A stretch of 64,000 nucleotides of DNA, taken from assembly GCA_965261545.1 (NCBI GenBank), contig CBDHDF010000007.1, forward strand, positions 448,001-512,000, given 5' to 3'. This DNA is from Bdellovibrionales bacterium (lineage in GTDB: Bacteria; Bdellovibrionota; Bdellovibrionia; Bdellovibrionales; UBA1609). Made by a program: the position numbers and the translations under genes. The notes below the pieces were generated by a model. It ran no database searches and was not told the origin of the DNA. It saw only the letters and a program-made list of their open reading frames with translations. This document shows, piece after piece, positions 61,822 to 64,000 of the stretch. Positions within the stretch are counted from its first letter, which is position 1; every line of letters begins with the position of its first letter.

Positions 61822-62865
61822 CTAACCCTTCTCATCAAGCTTATGAGACTTGTCAGACAACCGAGCTTTAGGACGAACGCGATGGATAGAACGAGGGTCG
61901 GCAAGGCGAGTGGGATAGGTGGAGCGTAATGGACGAGCATCACCTTGAGATCCTCCTGGCCCTAAAGGTTGAGCCGGTTGAGAGTGGGAGGACAAAGAGC
62001 GAGAGGGAGTCGTCGAGTGAGAAGGCATAAATTGTTGAGCGTAGACATTTTGCTGTCCTTTCGGTAGACCTCCAAAAAGAGCGGCGATTTTTTTATGGTT
62101 GATTTTATAACCCTGCTGAGTCACCCTTTCAAAATCGGTGATTTTTGTAGAAATCTTTTGCACAGGGGATTCTGTAGACAAAATATCACCTTTAGGACCT
62201 ACAATGCTTATAAAGTGAACTCCATTAAACTTGTTTATCAGCTTAAATGCCTTCAAACGACTTATATAGTAAAGGGATTTTTCAATATAAGCTTCACCAA
62301 GAACAACTTTGCCCTCCTCTTCAGAAATGGCAGAAAATGTAAACTTAACCCCCTTTCTGTACCCCTTGTTGAGCATAAGGTACCCTAAAAAGGTGCTAAG
62401 AAAGGCTCCCTCTGGAAGCCTCTCTTGAATCCTTTCCTTAACCCCTCCATCACTTCTATAACCAATCATCCTATTGTTTTTAAAGTAGGCAACGATTTTT
62501 TTTGTATGGCGAGGACCTTCGTCGGTATAGCGATAAGAAATGGGTCGAAAATCTTCCGTACACCTTGCTCGAAGCGTTTCTATGACTCCTCCTAAATTGG
62601 AAGAGGTTTGAATATAGTAGGTTGAAATCAGTTCTTTCTTCTGGAGATCATGTTCATACCTTTGAATAATAAAGCCCTCAGGCTTTGAGTCTGCAAAAAT
62701 CTGCGCATAACTCTCAAAAAGAGTGGCTCCTAGGGCTGGTGAGGTCACCATAAAAGCCATCGAAACTATAGAAACCATCAAAACTAAGACAAAAGCTATG
62801 AAGACCTTTAAAGCTTTGGTATGATACATATCTGATGATGTGGCACTTTGACTCTTTCCTATCAC
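61822..62865 (-). CDS. hypothetical secreted protein
   Basis: Hydrophobic N-terminus ending PALG; low-complexity tail. Confidence 0.6.
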   Translation of the reverse strand: MIGKSQSATSSDMYHTKALKVFIAFVLVLMVSIVSMAFMVTSPALGATLFESYAQIFADSKPEGFIIQRYEHDLQKKELISTYYIQTSSNLGGVIETLRARCTEDFRPISYRYTDEGPRHTKKIVAYFKNNRMIGYRSDGGVKERIQERLPEGAFLSTFLGYLMLNKGYRKGVKFTFSAISEEEGKVVLGEAYIEKSLYYISRLKAFKLINKFNGVHFISIVGPKGDILSTESPVQKISTKITDFERVTQQGYKINHKKIAALFGGLPKGQQNVYAQQFMPSHSTTPSRSLSSHSQPAQPLGPGGSQGDARPLRSTYPTRLADPRSIHRVRPKARLSDKSHKLDEKG

Positions 62866-62942
62866 TTGATGACCCCCCCCTTTTTTCTCTCTTAAACTCT
62901 ATCTTAAATGAATGGAAGCGACTTGCCAACTCCCAAGGGCAA

Positions 62943-64000
62943 ATGGCCATTTTTGTCGCCTTGATCTTTCAAGTTCTCTTTGTCTTTTTCGCCATGGCTA
63001 TCAATGTCGCTCTTGTGGTCCACGATAAAATCAATCTCCAAAATGCCACAGACCTTGCCGCCTACTACGGGGCCCAAAAGCAAGCTGAAATGCTCAATAT
63101 CATGGCTCACAAAAACTACCAAATTCGTCAATCTTGGAAACTTCTCACATGGAGATATCGGGTTTTAGGGGGCTTGGGCTTGCAACGGCCCCCTCACCCT
63201 GCCACTGTGGGTGGCCCCCTTGAAGATCAGGCAAGCTTTGGGCACCCCCCCTCCATTTGTATCACCTACAAACCCTGGGCGGAAGTCCAAGGGCAAGATA
63301 ACTTATGCAAAGAACCTGAGACGGTGATTCCCCCTCTGCCCAGAGTTCCCATTATCGCTGGCTTCAATGGCATCAATGCACAAATTCACGCCTTTGCCAC
63401 AGCCCTGAGACGTCGTGTGAGCCAAAACTGTGACAGTCATGGAGCCTTTAATTACTGGTTTGCAGCCACCATATTAAAGGCCTTCCGAGAAGATCAAAAA
63501 AACCGCAAAGATATTATGTATGCCTTGGCCGACAACCTATCTCAAAAGAACTTTAGGGATTTGAACGGACACCCCGTGGTGACGGGAGTTCAGTCCACAT
63601 TTCTCAAAAATCTCACCTACGGAAACAGTGAGGGGCAGCCCCATTTGGAATTTTTCAACTCACTTGAGGGGCGAGCCAGAAAGGAGTGGCTCTCCGAAAT
63701 TCGCATCAGCCCCACACTCCTTTACATCGACAATGCGCCGGGGGAGGGCTGTCGTGGTCACCACCAATCCGTGGTTTATCTTCCTCAAAGACCAGGATCC
63801 CTGAGCCTTTTGGACTTACAACTCGATCCCCCTCCCCACCACCTTAGACAGTTTGCCATGGATAGCACCACCTTTGGTCCCGATAATAACTATGCCTACT
63901 CCCTAGGGGTGGAAAAAAACCCTTGGATTTGGGCCTATGTAGGAATCAAAGCTGAGACAACACCTCGCCCCCTGTTTTTTCCCATAGGGCCCCATGTGCG
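62943..64000 (+). CDS. Tad/TadG-like pilus assembly protein (partial, runs off the window)
   Basis: Manual translation GQ-MAIFVALIFQVLFVFFAMAINVALVVHDKINLQNATDLAAYYGA; true start probably slightly upstream. Confidence 0.75.
   Translation, partial: MAIFVALIFQVLFVFFAMAINVALVVHDKINLQNATDLAAYYGAQKQAEMLNIMAHKNYQIRQSWKLLTWRYRVLGGLGLQRPPHPATVGGPLEDQASFGHPPSICITYKPWAEVQGQDNLCKEPETVIPPLPRVPIIAGFNGINAQIHAFATALRRRVSQNCDSHGAFNYWFAATILKAFREDQKNRKDIMYALADNLSQKNFRDLNGHPVVTGVQSTFLKNLTYGNSEGQPHLEFFNSLEGRARKEWLSEIRISPTLLYIDNAPGEGCRGHHQSVVYLPQRPGSLSLLDLQLDPPPHHLRQFAMDSTTFGPDNNYAYSLGVEKNPWIWAYVGIKAETTPRPLFFPIGPHV

Overview
Bacterial chromosomal window, inferred to be Bdellovibrionota/deltaproteobacteria-like from the pilHI-pilD-pilMNOPQ order, the ChaN/GYF pair, the Tad protein and the stand-alone EF-G. 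Core genes: BamB/YfgM-like pair, leucine dehydrogenase, leucine (liu) catabolic operon, kynB, type IV pilus cluster, carA-carB(frameshifted)-pyrB, nagZ. Accessory genes: a DUF285 repeat lipoprotein, a YceI + bufferin-like MNIO (DUF692) RiPP cluster, a DUF1223-MsrA-MsrB fusion, a signal-peptide mini-RHS protein with a protease-like tip, and an acidic-repeat/His-rich secreted protein. Two nested IS islands could be resolved to the base from their ends and target duplications. (1) 15.9-22.2 kb: a 470-bp direct repeat (one copy hit by IS66) flanks an IS1111-type IS110 element that has a ~840-nt 3' non-coding region (bridge/seekRNA candidate) and whose recombinase is split by an IS4. (2) 55.2-60.6 kb: IS256 lies inside a passenger-carrying IS4/IS231-like element, which lies inside an IS1634 remnant. 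Non-coding candidates include a sigma54-promoter-driven ~50-nt C-rich sRNA and three group II intron domain VI-like stubs. No tRNA, rRNA or CRISPR array was seen. Family assignments come from motif recognition only; no searches were run.
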